Source: Heptranchias perlo (Eukaryota). Taken from it: a DNA stretch of 64,000 bases. Both the position numbers and the translations under genes were made by a program. This document shows positions 61,483 through 64,000 of the stretch, one piece after another (within the stretch, counting starts at the first letter, position 1; each line of letters starts with the position of its first letter). The notes under the pieces are model-generated. The model ran no database searches, was not told the DNA's origin, and saw only the letters and a list, made by a program, of their open reading frames with translations. The DNA lies in the NCBI RefSeq assembly GCF_035084215.1, contig NC_090351.1, forward strand, positions 13,640,001-13,704,000, in the 5' to 3' direction.

Positions 61483-62165
61483 ATCGTTGAAGATGGCAGG
61501 GCAGATTGAGAAAGCGGTTAAAAAAGTATATGGGATTTTGGGCTTTATAAATAGAAGCATAGAGTACAAAAGTATGGAAGTCATGATGAACCTTTATAAA
61601 ACACTTGTTCGGCCACAACTGGAGTATTGTATCTATTTCTGGGCACCGCAGTTTAGGAAAGATGTGAAGGCCTTAGAGGGGGTGCAGAAGAGATTTACTA
61701 GAATGATTCCAGGGATGAGGAAGTTACTTGGATAGACTGGAGAAGTTGGGGTTGTTCTCCTTGGAACAGAGACGGTTGCGAGGAGATTTGATGGAGGTAT
61801 TCAAAATTATGAAAGGTCTAGACAGAGTAGACAGAGAGAAACTGTTCCCATTGGTGGAAGGGTCAAGAACCAGAGGACATAGATTTAAAGTAATTGGCAA
61901 AAGAACCAAAGGTGAAATGAGGAAAAACTTTTTTACACAGCGAGTGGTTAGGATCTGGAATGCACTGCCCGAGGGGGTGGTGGAGGCAGATTCAATCATG
62001 GCCTTCAAAAGGGAACTGGATAAGTACTTGAAAGGAAAACATTTGCAGGGCTACAGGGATAGGGCGGGGAGTGGGACTAGCCGGATTGCTCTTGCATAGA
62101 GCCGGCGCAGACTCGATGGGCCGAATGGCCTCCTTCCGTGCTGTAACCTTTCTAGGATTCTATAG
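61483..62165 (+). mobile_element. 5'-truncated CR1 3' fragment
   Basis: LYKTLVRPQLEYC, LEQRRLRGDL, FFTQRVVRIWN; tail gtaacctttctaggattcta. Confidence 0.9.
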
Positions 62166-63449
62166 TAGAAGCTTCTTAATATGTCTTAAACCCATTTGTA
62201 ACAAAATTATGGGGATCAGCAACATTCTCCTGTCCCTCCCCTCTCCTCCTTCCCCCTATCCCATCCTTTCCTCTCCTCTCCTCTCTCCTCCCTTCCCGCT
62301 CCTCTTATTCTAGTGATATTGTGCGTCCATGGCATGCCAACTTTAAAGATAGACTTAGTGTAGGTGTAAATATAAGGCCTGGTGTGAACCTAATGAGATA
62401 AAGGGGAGGCCTCTGCTCATCCACTTTAGAGGAAGAGAATTGCTGGATTGACCAAGAGAAGGGATACTTGTTATTGGTGATGGGAGTTAAGTGATTGGAG
62501 AGCCAATCATAGATCTTTGAGTATGTGCTTCAACCTTGAAATTCTCCAAATTTGGATTTAAGACAAAACTCTTTGTACATTTAGAAACCAAATGTTATGT
62601 CACTTTTTATTTAATCTTAGAGAGGCTGAAAGTTTTACCTTTATAACTGAAAAGTACATGATAACATGGGTTTTCATTTTTATTTTTACTCTTTTCTTGA
62701 TTATTTCCCCCTCCTCAGATCCGTTTCTCTAAAGGTGTTGACTCTTCATTAAGGGTATGTTTCCATGGTATTCCTCTGATGCCTCACCAAAGTGGCTATC
62801 ATTTATGCTCTGAGCGAGACTATCAGCGTTAGCCAGCTATTTGACTCCGAAGGCAACACAGCCAAGCCTGATTTTGTCATCACTCAATGTCCACATACGC
62901 GCATCTTCGAACGGGGGATGCTGGTTTGTGATCAGGAGTGGACTTAGCCGATTCGTTCCTTCCCTAACCTGGAGCGCTGAGGTTTGTTAACTTTCCGACA
63001 TTACAACAGTGACCACACTTCAAAAGTAATTCATTGACTGTAAAGCGCATTGGGACGTCCTGAGGTAGTGAAAGGCACTATAATTCTTTCTTTCTTTTAG
63101 CATAAACTGGGGATTGCAACTGGGAAATATTCCCAAAATGGCATTCTGTATAGAGGATCTCCAGCTTTGAAAGAGAAGAAGCAAAACTTCAACCCAAAGT
63201 GGCTGTTCAGCAGGTGTGTGTAGCTGATTATAAAGCCAAATTGCTTCAGCAAACTCTACTTCTCACAATAGTAGAGTTGCATAGAGTCCAATTCATGAAA
63301 GGTAAACTGTCAGCTCCTTGCATTCATTCATTTGTTTTTTCACCACCCCCCTCAAATTCCAGATCTTTTTATTACAAGTGTATCATCTGTTGATTAATAA
63401 TCTACAGGAGTGGACAAAGGTTGTGTAGTGATTACTGATCATGTTCTTG

Positions 63450-64000
63450 GGCATTCCGCCCCCTGTATCAGCTCATCTGTTGCTGAAACCCACATCTATG
63501 CCTTTTGTTACCTCTAGCCTCGACTGTTCCAACGCTCTCCTGGCTGGCCTCCCACTTTGCACCCTCTGTAAACTTGAGCTCATCCAAAACTCTGCTGTCC
63601 GTATCCTAACTTGCATTAAGTCACCCATCACCTCTGTGCTCGCTGACCTACATTGGCTCCCGGTCCGGCACTGCCTCGATTTTAAAATTCTCATCCTTGT
63701 TTTCAAATCCGTCCAAGGCCTCGCCCCTCCCTATTTCTGTAACCTCCTCCAGCCCTACAACCCACCGGGTTCTCTGCGCTCCTCCAATTCTGGCCTCTTG
63801 CACTTCTCCGATTTTAATCACTCCACCATTGGCGGCTATGCCTTCAGCTGCCTAGGCCCTAAGCTCTGAAATTCCCTCCCTCTCTCTGCCTCTCTCTTCT
63901 CCTTTAAGACACTCCTTAAAACCTACCTCTTTGACCAAGCTTTTGCTCACCTGTCCTAATATCTCCTTATGTGGCTCGGTGTTGAATTTTGTTTGATAAC
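63450..64000 (+). mobile_element. L2 LINE 3' fragment
   Basis: FVTSSLDCSNALLAGLP...LHWLPV...FKILILVFK. Confidence 0.85.

Overview
This is eukaryotic, vertebrate genomic DNA, most likely from a cartilaginous fish (shark), judged from its repeats: Deu-domain SacSINE1-like SINEs, many CR1 and L2 LINEs, and Harbinger- and Penelope-derived elements. One protein-coding gene is well supported: a 7-coding-exon, 246-aa tetraspanin-18-like gene on + (CDS 24117-33245), with a probable upstream exon at 1311-1528. Most long ORFs in the track are LINE reverse transcriptase remnants. There is also a 2.8-kb array of a 31-bp G-rich unit. The most interesting signal is a young family of short, non-coding Penelope-like insertions (53930-54234, 60778-61482, and a stub at 2035-2088). 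The two larger copies are near-perfect hairpins with 12-bp target-site duplications. Each arm carries TATA, a minimal hammerhead ribozyme and AATAAA. A second, older hammerhead-type family lies at about 23.3 kb. All assignments were made by eye and no database searches were run. Repeat boundaries are approximate unless a TSD or TIR is quoted.
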